NCBI GenBank assembly: GCA_050575255.1
Contig: JBNZDD010013687.1
Location: 5,933,012 to 5,997,011, forward strand
Length of the DNA stretch: 64,000 nucleotides
Direction: 5' to 3'
Origin: Harriotta raleighana
Taxonomy: Eukaryota
This document shows positions 13,098 through 23,679 of this stretch, one piece after another. Positions within the stretch are counted from its first letter, which is position 1. Each line of letters starts with the position of its first letter. Below the pieces are notes generated by a model, which saw nothing but the letters and a program-made list of their open reading frames with translations, had not been told where the DNA came from and made no database searches. Made by a program: the position numbers and the translations under genes.

Positions 13098-15418
13098 CTG
13101 CGACATAAATAGAATGACAGGGGACTTGTTGGTTAAACAAGACAAATCCATATTGGAAAAGTGCAAGCGCCAGCATGCTGTGGACTTTGCCTCAAAGTTC
13201 CCCTTGATCCAGATCCTGCTGGATTTCTTGTCTCTGAACAGGTAAACAGAGAGAAGCTGACATGTTAAAAAGAAATCTCTCCATTAGCAGCATGAGATTT
13301 CCGTATGATTTTGATTAGATTAGCTCTGGAAGCACGATTCACTTTTTGCCAGAAAAACAACCCACAAATCACTGGAGTCTATTCCAGCGAGGACTACACG
13401 AGCAGGTCGTCCAATGACAGTCTTTAATTACTGACATACACCCACACACAAGAGACTGCCAGATCAATGAAGGCAACAAGCAGCAAACCCAATAATACAC
13501 TGAGATGTGGTTTGTGACTGTCAGTGGAACCAGCAACCAGTGTTCACGCCAGACATCAGTTTAATAATTTACGATTCTGGAATTCAGTGATCAAAAAAAA
13601 GGCTTTAAACCATCTGCGTCCAGTTTACTATTTCTACATTCCCCCAACGCTCGGTCGCAAGTCATAAAGTGATTTTCTGAAAGATGCAAAAGTACGACTG
13701 AGAAGAGCTTCAGGGCATCTGAGGATTATTTGGCCCAATTACTGCTCCCCCACTTGCAACACTGTGAAGGGCTTTATATGCAAAACTATTAATGAAACAT
13801 TCAAAGATTATTCAATTCAACCTCTAGATCATTTAGATTTTCAATAACGGACTTCAACAGGTGAATGTTCAAAAGGGTTCAAAATGACGAAACAGATTAT
13901 AAAAGGTCTGAGCATCAACTAGGACACTTAAGTGTCTGCACTCTTCACCATTACGTCTAAAAGCTACAATTAATGTTACATTTTTTGACCATAAAACAAT
14001 TCTCAAAATTCTTTGGTATCTTTGACAACATTCTGAGAGTTGAAATTAACAGTGACAAATGTATAGTGGCAGAGAGAATACAGGAAATGTCAATGTAAAG
14101 TACACCCAAGCATAAACTGGATTAAAAAGTTAAATTTTCGTCATTATTTTGTTTGCAAGGCTCATTATTATTGTTATTATTAAACTTCCTTTTGGCTCAA
14201 AATACAAGATATACACATAAATCGCTGCAGAAGTTTTATCTGCTGCTCACAACTTTTTCTGTACAATCTAAACCCTGGCAACAAAAGCAGCAGGAAAGGC
14301 TAAAATTGTCCTGCCAAGCCAGGGCTGTTAAGTGCCTTGGGATGTCTTCCCAATGTGAAATGCATTGCGCAAATATAAATTTGTATTGTAAAACTGCGAT
14401 TGACATAGTGCAGGGGCAGCAGTCTAATTTCCTTCACAAATCAGGTCAAAACCCTGAATTTTAACACCCTTAATATTTCACGACATTCGGACTTACATGT
14501 GTGAAATGTGCTATATGAATTAAATTGGTTGTTGTTGTTAAAGGCTGATTGCTATTGATATTTTTGATGAATAGACATTCAGCCAAAGCTTCATTCAGTG
14601 TCATACAGATATTTATGCATTAGCCATTCAAATTTCAAATGGCAAATTTGGAAATTAAGCAAAATAAAGCCCCATGACCACCAGTTAGCTCTAAAGAAAT
14701 AAAACTATCTTATACTATATTCCATTTTTTGAATCCCACCTTTGGATAAAGCAATTTGCAATTATCTGAAACAGAATTATTCAAAAGATTGCTCTCCATT
14801 TTAATGGTTTAGCTTAAGATGGGAGAATAAAGAGGGATTCAGAAGAATTATGATTATTTTGTAACACAGAGACTATGAATGGTATTTATTAATCCAACAT
14901 TGAACATCTTGACTACTGTTCAATGCATTAACAAAATTATAATTGGCCTTGTGTTTGATTAACCCACAATGTTGAAAATATCTCAAAGCTCTTCGTAAAG
15001 ATTTTGTACAATGTGGTGGCTATATTTGGGGGTGAACTTGGCAGTCAAATATCTCATGCACAGCCATGAAGAAAATTTTACATGGAGGATTGTTGTCTAA
15101 GACAATAGGAGAAACTCCAAGCTCTTCCAAATAGTGCCATGGGATCTTCAACATCCACCTGTCTAGGCAGACAGGTATATCTCATATGAAGGACTGCATT
15201 TCCCTCAGTGCAGCATTAAGAGTGTTAGCCTTGACTGTTAGCTCAAATTCCCAATGTGAGGCTTAACCACACAACCTTCCAACTCAGAGGCAAGAGTGCT
15301 ACTCACTGAGGCAGGCTGACACCTAAACTACATTGATGCCTTGGCATAAGAACGTGGGTTTATTAACACCTTTCCTTGCACTTTACCTCCAGTTTATCAA
15401 AACTAAGCACACACTTAC

Positions 15419-15448
15419 CTGCTTGGTATGATTGTTCAGAAAGAAGTC
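15419..15448 (-). CDS. DAAM1: DAAM1 30-nt alternative microexon (DFFLNNHTKQ), FH2 linker
   Basis: cctgcgtttag|GACTTCTTTCTGAACAATCATACCAAGCAG|gtaagt, phase 0/0; homologous to the mammalian alternative insert DFFVNSNSKQ (recalled). Confidence 0.93.
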
Positions 15449-15550
15449 CTAAACGCAGGCCGAAGGCAAGGAGGATAACGGTAGCAACAGTTAATAGCAA
15501 TAAAAACTGCAGTTCAGCAATCGTTGCAAGAAGGAAAATAAAATGGCAAA
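15449..15550 (-). promoter_or_regulatory. UGC-rich intronic splicing-enhancer region upstream of the microexon (SRRM3/4-type)
   Basis: 8 UGC triplets in the 100 nt before the acceptor (nearest at -9), an AG-free zone of about 56 nt and a branch-like ctattaac. Confidence 0.7.
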
Positions 15551-16726
15551 CAGAGCACAATTATACAGGCAAGGCATCATCAAAAAGAAATGCAATTGGA
15601 CATGCAGGAGTAACTAGCTAGAATGTCATCTGCAAACATTAACCTATTCACCAGCTCAGTGACTCAGAAGCTAAGGTGTGGCAGAGATTGCTTAACTGTT
15701 GGGAGTGCTTTGGTCGAATGTGGCATTTCTCTCTTGAGTTGCAGAAAGTTTACTTTAGAATCCATTTATTTTTGTATTTTGGTGAGCAATTTAAAGATCT
15801 TATTTTTTCATGGTTACATAAAACCAAAATGCTTCCAATTGCAACCTGATGTATAATTTTAAAGGCGTTAGTATATTGGGTGTAAAGGATGCAGTAGTCA
15901 CGAAAATCCTGCTTGTTGAAGCTTTGGTTTTTGGTCACTTGGAGATATGTCTACTCCTTTTAACCTGACTGAGGATCCAGACAAACTGGTCAATCACTAC
16001 ACTTGCTTTGGAATAGTGATTACTCAGTACTGAAACTCAAATCAATGCTGCCCTGAGTCTTGCTAGAATCTGTAAGCAATTTGTGTGGGTGAAGGGGTTA
16101 AATAATTTAGATATCTGGACTATTGAGCTGTGCCCACTTTACAATAAATGATGCAACAGGCAAAGACATGCAAATCATCAGTTTTAACATAAAAAAAAGC
16201 CATTTCACAATTTCTGCAGCATTGATGCATTGTGTGATATATGTTTTTAAAACAGGCAATTAAAGCAAAATCGGATGGTTTGGTTTCACAATCCAAAGCG
16301 AAAGAAAATAGCGCAAACACAGGTCTAAAACAAATGAATTAAGTGAGAGCACGGACTGCTGACTTTACCCTTAGCTTTGTGTTCTCCAAACGTTGCTCAG
16401 CATTAGCATTATCATTACATTGTGCTGTTGTGATATATAGCAAACTGAAAATGTACTGGAAAATAGCCATATATACATATACACACGATAAACACAACCG
16501 TCACTGATGAACTATTGTGCTTAATGGAAACTCACTCTGCACCTCTCACTCAGATATTCAATATGTGCGGAGAAGCATCATAAAGGGGAATTCCACACAA
16601 ATCACACCAGGGGAAACATAAAATGTATTGGACGCAAAAGTTGCATATAAAATATCAACCCAGCTCCTTCTTCTAGATCCTGATCGAGTTACCCATTCTC
16701 TCACATTATTCTCCAATTTCTGTTAC

Positions 16727-16834
16727 CTGTTGCCTTTGGTAAGCAGAGAATGTCTTCTCAATCTCTTCCAAGTCAAGCACTTTGAAGACCTTGGTGTCGT
16801 CAATTTCTAACCAGACCGTCTCCTCTAGTTTGTT
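16727..16834 (-). CDS. DAAM1: DAAM1 exon 15 (NKLEETVWLEIDDTKVFKVLDLEEIEKTFSAYQRQQ)
   Basis: 108 nt, acceptor cacttttcag, donor gtaaca. Confidence 0.96.
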
Positions 16835-17726
16835 CTGAAAAGTGAGAAGAGGTTCACTATCATGCTGTGCAAAGCACACATTAAACAAATGCATAGTTTT
16901 CTCACTGCACTTTGCTGTACATCCTATGAGTTATACAGTAAAAGGATTAGACAAAGTTAGAATGAATAGGCCGTTCACCCTTTGCTGGGGAGTCTGTATA
17001 AAATACAAGTATATGACCAGTATAAAATAATCTGTGTAAATCTACGTAAATGTCATAAAATATCCCTCCAACATGAAAAGTGCTACAGCTAATGTAAGGA
17101 TTGTTACATTATATTAACATTTACATTAGCTGTTGAAACTGAGCAGATGAACTGAATACAGCTTCTTATCGTGCAACTGATTCCAAATCTGCTGGAGCAG
17201 CCAGAATCCCTCCACTGCGTGCTTGATGATCTAATATTGGGAAAGTGGACAATAAGTTACTGGAATAGAAGCTGTTGACTGTAATTCAGTCCCTTTTCTT
17301 ACTTCAACTTTGCTAAAGGTACTGAATTACAAAGAAATTTTGTATTACAAAGGGACTGTATTAGTCAACAGTGATCAAATACAATAGCAACAACTTGGAT
17401 TTGTATAGCACCCTCCATGCCGGATGGTGTCCCAGAGCAAACAGCTGACACCAGCTCTGAAAAGAGTATAGACGCAACTGTTATCTAGTCACTGTAATCC
17501 CCCAAAATTATAATTGGGTTATTCAATCCACAACTGTTTGCGGGACATTGCTGTGTGCAATCGGCTGCTGCATTTTGCTCGCAAAATACAGTTGATGCAC
17601 TTTACAGTATATTCTGAGAAGCTCTTTGAGGCGTCTCCACATTGTAATAAGTCGCTATGTCGAATGCAAGGATTCTTATTCTTATTGATTGCTCCCAGTG
17701 ATGTGGGTAATCATGTTATCACTAAC

Positions 17727-18023
17727 CTCAGGTAACTTGGCCCAGTTGAAGGATTTGACAGGATTTGCTGGTTGTGGGATATTTTTCCTCTTCTGTCCCG
17801 AGCCCATGGGGCCTCCTGGAGGTGGGGGCATCCCCCCGAGGGGGGGTGGGCCGGGAGGGGGTGGGGGGCCGCCGGGCGGGGGAGGAGGTGGGGGGATGCA
17901 GCACATCGGAGGAGGAGGGGTTGGAGGGATCCCTACTAAGAGAGATGGGGACGGTGGAATGGGACCACCAGGGGCTCCTGGGAGGAGAGGAGGGCCTCCT
18001 GGACCTCCAGAATAGGCTGCTCT
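17727..18023 (-). CDS. DAAM1: DAAM1 exon 14, proline-rich FH1 and FH2 start (RAAYSGGPGGPP...PVKSFNWAKLPE)
   Basis: 297 nt, acceptor ctcctttctag, donor gttagt; polyproline tracts and the KSFNW lasso motif. Confidence 0.95.
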
Positions 18024-18333
18024 CTAGAAAGGAGAAAGATATCTGGTAAAGGAGACGGCATTATAAACAACAGGGCGCAATTGCATTCACAAAAACACAC
18101 ACTTTTTAAAAAAAACACAAATGATTAAGGAATGCCCACTCACACCCCACCCCTCTATTCTCATGCAATGTCTATGTGGGTTTTTTTTAAGAAAAGCTTA
18201 TTGAAATTGAAATAATACATTGTTTCCCCCTGCATGACAGTCGAGTCATTTGAAAGACATTAGAAATTAACTGAAGCATTAAAGAAAATGTGGTAATTAA
18301 TGTCATGCACCCATCTACCCTGTGAATACATAC

Positions 18334-18521
18334 AGTGCTTAAATCTTGGATCTGGGTCATCAGATCTGCCGATTGCTTCTTGGCTGCTTTGTGCTCCTGA
18401 GTTTCTTTTTCCAGTTTTTCTTTCATCTTGTTCAGTGTCTGCATCATCTCCTCCTTCTCCTGGGTCTTGGCCTCGCATTCGCGTTCCTTCTTCTCCAACT
18501 TCTGCTGCAGCTCAGTGTGTT
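18334..18521 (-). CDS. DAAM1: DAAM1 exon 13, coiled coil ([18 protein letters not shown]...QIQDLST)
   Basis: 188 nt, acceptor ttgacag, donor gtatgt. Confidence 0.96.
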
Positions 18522-18958
18522 CTGTCAACCAGACACTGGGTAGTGAGATCTCAGACCATTGAGCCCAAGCCCAGACCCTCACATCAACCCCTGATTACTG
18601 TTCAGTTTTTAAGAACTAAAAGGAGGTCAAATTGCGATATTTCTCAATGTGATTTCTTATTTCACCAATTATGTTTGTGGTGCCGGGCGGGAGTAATGTT
18701 GATCAATTGGCTGCCTCTTGGGTGAAGGTCCCTTGGCTTTGGACTCTGCTCGAGTTGCCAGGAGGGCCCACTCGAAAATTAGGTAATCGCATAAAGAAAC
18801 CCTGCAAAATTGAACCCAACTTCCAACTTCACGTTAGTTCCTCAGCCTTGTCAAATGAACCTTATATTAAACAGAGCATTAAAACCCTCAGCTGTTTAAT
18901 CATGCAGCAAAATTAGAAGCGCTCTCAATTTCAGCACCCAGTAGAACTGGAATCGCAC

Positions 18959-19017
18959 CTTTTCTCGTTTTTTCCGCTTGTTCCTTCCACCGTTTGACTT
19001 CGTTTTCGTTAACCAGC
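18959..19017 (-). CDS. DAAM1: DAAM1 exon 12 (LVNENEVKRWKEQAEKTRK-E)
   Basis: 59 nt, acceptor taaacag, donor gtgcga; phases match both neighbours. Confidence 0.94.
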
Positions 19018-19149
19018 CTGTTTATCGAATTTAACAAAAATGAAACAATTTAGTTTAAGGGATGCTTCACACAGGTTTCAGTTTAAATGAAAAGTGTGTA
19101 TATTTTGGGGATGGGGGTTAACCATTTGAAAACTACTCAAGAGTCTTAC

Positions 19150-19288
19150 ATTCGAACCACTTTCTTCACATCAAAGTTTTCCAAAGGGGCCACGTCGGGA
19201 TCTTGCCCTTTATCATTCTGTAAAACTATCTGCTGCACTATTCGGTCCAAGAGTAACCAATACTGGACAGTGTTCCCGCTTCGCTTGT
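19150..19288 (-). CDS. DAAM1: DAAM1 exon 11 (KRSGNTVQYWLLLDRIVQQIVLQNDKGQDPDVAPLENFDVKKVVR-M)
   Basis: 139 nt, acceptor ctattccag, donor gtaaga. Confidence 0.96.
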
Positions 19289-19867
19289 CTGGAATAGAAG
19301 AACAGCAATACCGAGGGTTCAAGTGGACCAATGCCAAGAAACTAACCAGTACTCTCAGCTTGTTGCACAAAATCCAAATAAACTGGTTACGCTGACACTG
19401 AACATCACCAGTCGTGTGGATGCTTTCTGTGTCATCGCAAAATCCGCAGTCCCACACAGATTTATAGCACTGACAAGTGCACCACATTAAATCAATTCTC
19501 AAAGCAGAAATGGCTTTTGGAAAATTCCTTTTCGATTCAAATAAGCAAAATCATTCATGGGTTTGAAAACCTCTATTAGATTCCCCTGCTCCCCAATCAT
19601 ATCCCGCGAGCAAGAAAAATCTAGCCTTCCACAGCTCTACATAAAATCATAATCTCTCATCCTAGTGTCATTGAATTGACCCTCCACTGCTGATACTATA
19701 CATGAAATCCAATGAATAATCCAATGGGGTTTTAAAAAAAGGAAGTTAAACTAAAGCAAACCTAATGTCGAAAATTGCAAGCGAGATTTTCTATCTGGAC
19801 TGATATGTGACCTTTCCTTTCAGTTCAGGTCGAAGTACATGGGGCTAAGCAAGAGCACTGTACTCAC

Positions 19868-19985
19868 AAGGCATCTGGAGACAGTGGTGAAGAACAGACA
19901 TAAAGTGCGGGTAGGCCTCGGTATGGCTGATTTTCTTCCTGACCAGTTCAAACACCTGGGTGGCACTTCTCGTGTCAATGTGAAT
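19868..19985 (-). CDS. DAAM1: DAAM1 exon 10 ([40 protein letters not shown])
   Basis: 118 nt, acceptor ttactgcag, donor gtgagt. Confidence 0.96.
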
Positions 19986-20412
19986 CTGCAGTAAGAGATG
20001 CAAGTTACCCAAAAACAATTAAATAGAATCATCAGAACATCTCAAAAGTGCTGGGGATATGGTTAGGGATTGTCTGTGGCTTTCTGTGACTGAATCCCAT
20101 CAGAAAGATAGGTCTTATGACAGTAAGTGAGTGCAAAGGCAGACTCTGAGAGGCAATTCCAGAGAGCAAGAGAGAGGGGAGTGGGGGAGCGGGCGGGGGG
20201 GAGGGGTGAGAGTGTGGGATGCGGGGAAGATATGGAGGGAATGGCTGAAAGCTTATAGAGGTTTAAAGCAGGCCAGTGTTCAGTTTAACAAACAGAGCCG
20301 CCAGGGCAGTTGGGTCAGAGTAGGTCTCAGAGACAGGGTGGGAACCCAGTGCGATAATACATTGTACTTGAAACCTTTTCTACATTCGCAGAATGGGTGC
20401 TGAACTACTCAC

Positions 20413-20479
20413 CATATCAAACCTCTTGGCCAGCTCCACTTCATCTTCATTCCTCAGCATCTCAAAGAAATCTAAATGC
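20413..20479 (-). CDS. DAAM1: DAAM1 exon 9 ([22 protein letters not shown])
   Basis: 67 nt, acceptor ttttcttag, donor gtgagt. Confidence 0.96.
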
Positions 20480-20577
20480 CTAAGAAAAATACATTAAAAA
20501 AACAAGGTTTGGTATGAAAATGAAGCATTGAGAAGGTCGTCAATAAATCAAACCAGATGTGCAGCACCTGTACTCAC

Positions 20578-20681
20578 CGGTCCAAAGTTGCATTTTCATG
20601 TTCGCGTAATTTGTCAATAACGGGTTGAATTCCTAACATCAAAAACTCATATCTGAGATGCACTCGGAAATCAAGACTTTC
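20578..20681 (-). CDS. DAAM1: DAAM1 exon 8 ([35 protein letters not shown])
   Basis: 104 nt, acceptor cttcatag, donor gtgagt; FH3 motif. Confidence 0.96.
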
Positions 20682-20785
20682 CTATGAAGCAAGACAAACA
20701 TAGCTGTAACACAACCTCCCTCTGGGGCCTAAAGATATAGAATCTCGAATAGAATGTGTGCTGGATCTATCGATGGATTTCCTAC

Positions 20786-20896
20786 CTCTCCTGACCCTTG
20801 ACTTAGGACAGCGTTAATAAAGGACATCACGGCAGTTTTAAGGTTCACCTCATCTTTGTATCGTCCCGTGCTTTTGTCCAGGTCATTGACTAGCGT
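20786..20896 (-). CDS. DAAM1: DAAM1 exon 7 ([37 protein letters not shown])
   Basis: 111 nt, acceptor cttgtcag, donor gtagga. Confidence 0.96.
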
Positions 20897-21970
20897 CTGA
20901 CAAGTGGAGGATGGGAAAAAAAAGGACCAAACAGTAATTAAACAGAAAAGTTTCAAAGACTCACCATGTCCCTCAGCGTGTCACTAGTTGGTGATAAATG
21001 CAACAACGAAAACTACTTGAATTGATATGCACAGTGTTGGAAGAGGCAAAGGATGGAGTTCCATAGGAGCAGAAAGTTGGGCATTTTGTTTCCGTTCCCT
21101 TTTAACTTCATGTAGATATTAGGCCCAGATAACCAAATTGTAACAGCTTTGCCCTGTAGTTGGCACTTGGGCCTTTCTCATCCTTCACACCCTGTTCTCA
21201 TCTGAAACTAATTTTGTTTTAGTTTTTTTTTGCTAGTTACTCTTGATGTGATATCGAGAAGGAACCAGATGATTAAGAATTATTTTAAGTCCTTCAGAGT
21301 TTGGGGGCTTACGGGGCAATATTACAGTATTAAAGCTAATTCTGATGTGTGCAGGTTCATTGTTGTTTATTGTCTTAGCACCACAGGTAGTAGTAAAGCT
21401 CATAACCTGAAAAACAATTCTGTCCCTGGGGCAGTCTGGAGGTTAAAATGGTAAGCGGAAGGCAATTATTTTCATTGGATCAAAGATTTAACAACAAAGA
21501 GGCAAGAGATAGCATTAAATAGATTGAGTTTCAAGGACAAGGGACCCAAGAGAAACAGATGGGAACTGCAAGGCTGCCAAATATTATTCTGTTTGTGTTT
21601 TATAAGGGGGGTAAATTAACTAGCAAGTTAATCAAATTAGGAATACAGAAATAAATTGTTGTGCTGGAAGGCTTAAATCAGAAATTACATTTGTATAGAG
21701 TCTTTCACGTCAGAAGGATGTCCCTAGTTCCCTGGACAGTGAAGGATTTGGCTTTGAGGTGGAGTTTGGGATCAGGAGGGATGGAGAGCAGGGAAGGTGG
21801 GGGCAGGAAGGTGACCAGAGGTGCAGTCAAAAAGGAAGGTCTTGAGATGGGTCTTAAATGGGAGGTAAGGGCGGGACGGATTTCCAGAGTTATGTCAATT
21901 TTGCATTTGCTTAATACCATTTGACAATGCTGTTTACATTTGCACAGTGCTATGATTAACCACACTATAC

Positions 21971-22304
21971 CTGGAAGCGTGTTCTTTCACTTGCGTATTT
22001 CTGATAGTGCAGCATTGCCTCCAGGACCTTCTTGTGACCCCCGGGCACCAAACAAACGGCCCCCAAAATTTCCAATACCGCGACTTTAGTCTTTATGTTT
22101 TCTGTGGTCAGACTCTGAGCTATTACGTTGATGCTCTCGACGTGAGCCAAAACGTGGGCCCTGCCCTGAGAGTTGTTCATTAATGCTTTAATGCAGCCTA
22201 TAAGAGAGGTATGTATTCGAGATTCTGAGGTTTCATAGTCCATACTTGTCAAAAAGTTCAGAATGCATGTTAACCCATCCAAGTCAATGAATCTGGTGAC
22301 AAAC
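21971..22304 (-). CDS. DAAM1: DAAM1 exon 6 ([17 protein letters not shown]...YASERTRFQ)
   Basis: 334 nt, acceptor ttccacag, donor gtatag; GBD/FH3 armadillo region. Confidence 0.97.
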
Positions 22305-23070
22305 CTGTGGAATTGAACAAACACAGCAGTTAATGAATAGAGAGTCAAATAATTCACAGCATCACAGAAAGAACAGCACAGCAGGAAATCATTCGTTCCA
22401 TCTGGCCTATGCTGATGCTAGCTTTTCCAATGGAATCAACTATTCTAATCTAATTGTAATTCCCTGCTCAATTGAAACAATCAAGAAAGTATGTTCTGAG
22501 ACTATTTCAAATACGTCCGAGGTGAGTGAGATAATCAATTTTAAGTGACTTCTTCAATACACTATTTGACAAAACTCACAATCTGTCGGGTGGTTAAGCA
22601 ATCCTGCAAGCAAAAGCCCTAATGGGTAGGATGGTCCTATCTGGAACAGCAATGTGAAACATGCCAAATAATGCTTTCAATAGCAAGCTATGCAGTTTTA
22701 GCTGATTAAGATTCCAGCAGTTACCCAGTGCCCACTGTTGGTCCCCAAGCCTTGGCTCTTACCGACCTGTGCCCAACACTGCAGAAGTAGGTAAGGAGGA
22801 TACATCCATCCAGGGAGAGAGTGCGCATTGCATTCCAAACACGGCAGGAATTTCCATGTGTAGGAGACATGCATGGAACTCTCAATTAGGTTTGGAAACT
22901 CATTAACATGGTGATGGGCTTCCGCGTGCATCAGATACTCGGCTGATCAAGAAAAAAAACAGCTTCAGAGCTGGCAGGGAAGATGCTGACTATTACATTT
23001 TTCACACCTCATGAAGCAGACTCATCGGATTGCAATAAATTAAAGAATCTTATATAAAACCTTTCAAATA

Positions 23071-23454
23071 CAGTAAACCTTGATAATCTGGTACGGTAGG
23101 GCCCACGCACCTCCCGATTTCAGAGTTTGCCGGCATCTAGAAACCTATCTAGAAATGGCTGGCAGAGCCTCGCCCCATATTTACAAAGTGTGTTGTAAAT
23201 ACAGCACAGAAACTTAAAAATGCTCGCGCTTCACCCACAGCACTGGATGGCAGAGCGGCCACGCCGGGAACTGCAAGCAGCTGCTCCGAACCTCGAGAGA
23301 TTTGCTGGAAATCGGAAAAAATCTAACACTGTTGTGTTTTGAAATCTTGAAATCCTCCCGGCATGAAAGGCATTCTAGAAATGTAATTTTGTTGTTGTTG
23401 TCAGTTTTAGAGAGTTGTCAGGTTTTAGAATGTTGGATTATCGAGGTTTTACTG
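23071..23454. mobile_element. Tc1/mariner (Tigger/pogo-like) MITE
   Basis: TIRs cagtaaaccttgataatc and gattatcgaggttttactg with TA on both sides; an L2-type tail is nested at about 23350-23400. Confidence 0.8.
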
Positions 23455-23584
23455 TACTATTTTCATGAAAGGAGTTGAGAAAGTAATTTTAAGCTCGAAA
23501 AGCCGATCGCTGTCAACTCCCAAACCGAGTGTCTTCTCGGTGGCACAGTTGGTAATATGAAACAATCAAAGAGAGATAGATTGC

Positions 23585-23679
23585 CTCATAGGTTGTGTTC
23601 TTAGTGCTGTCTTCAAACTCTCAATGGTTTTATTTCTTTCTTCCTCGTCTTCTTTCTCCAAAGCCAAGAGAGATTTTCT
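23585..23679 (-). CDS. DAAM1: DAAM1 exon 5 (RKSLLALEKEDEEERNKTIESLKTALRTQPM-R)
   Basis: 95 nt, acceptor cccattttag. Ends ATG AG followed by a non-canonical GC donor (gcaatc); read-through hits TGA. Confidence 0.93.

Noticed and set aside
15381-15418. Second donor GAG|gtaaag 32 nt downstream of the microexon
   Set aside because: Weaker than the proximal CAG|gtaagt, would shift the frame, and has no supporting evidence.
17689-18015. Gly-rich plus-strand ORF resembling collagen
   Set aside because: Antisense shadow of the DAAM1 polyproline FH1 exon.
20965-20983. Possible 19-nt exon with a gtgagt donor before exon 7
   Set aside because: Weak acceptor, begins with an in-frame TGA, and leaves only a 68-nt intron.
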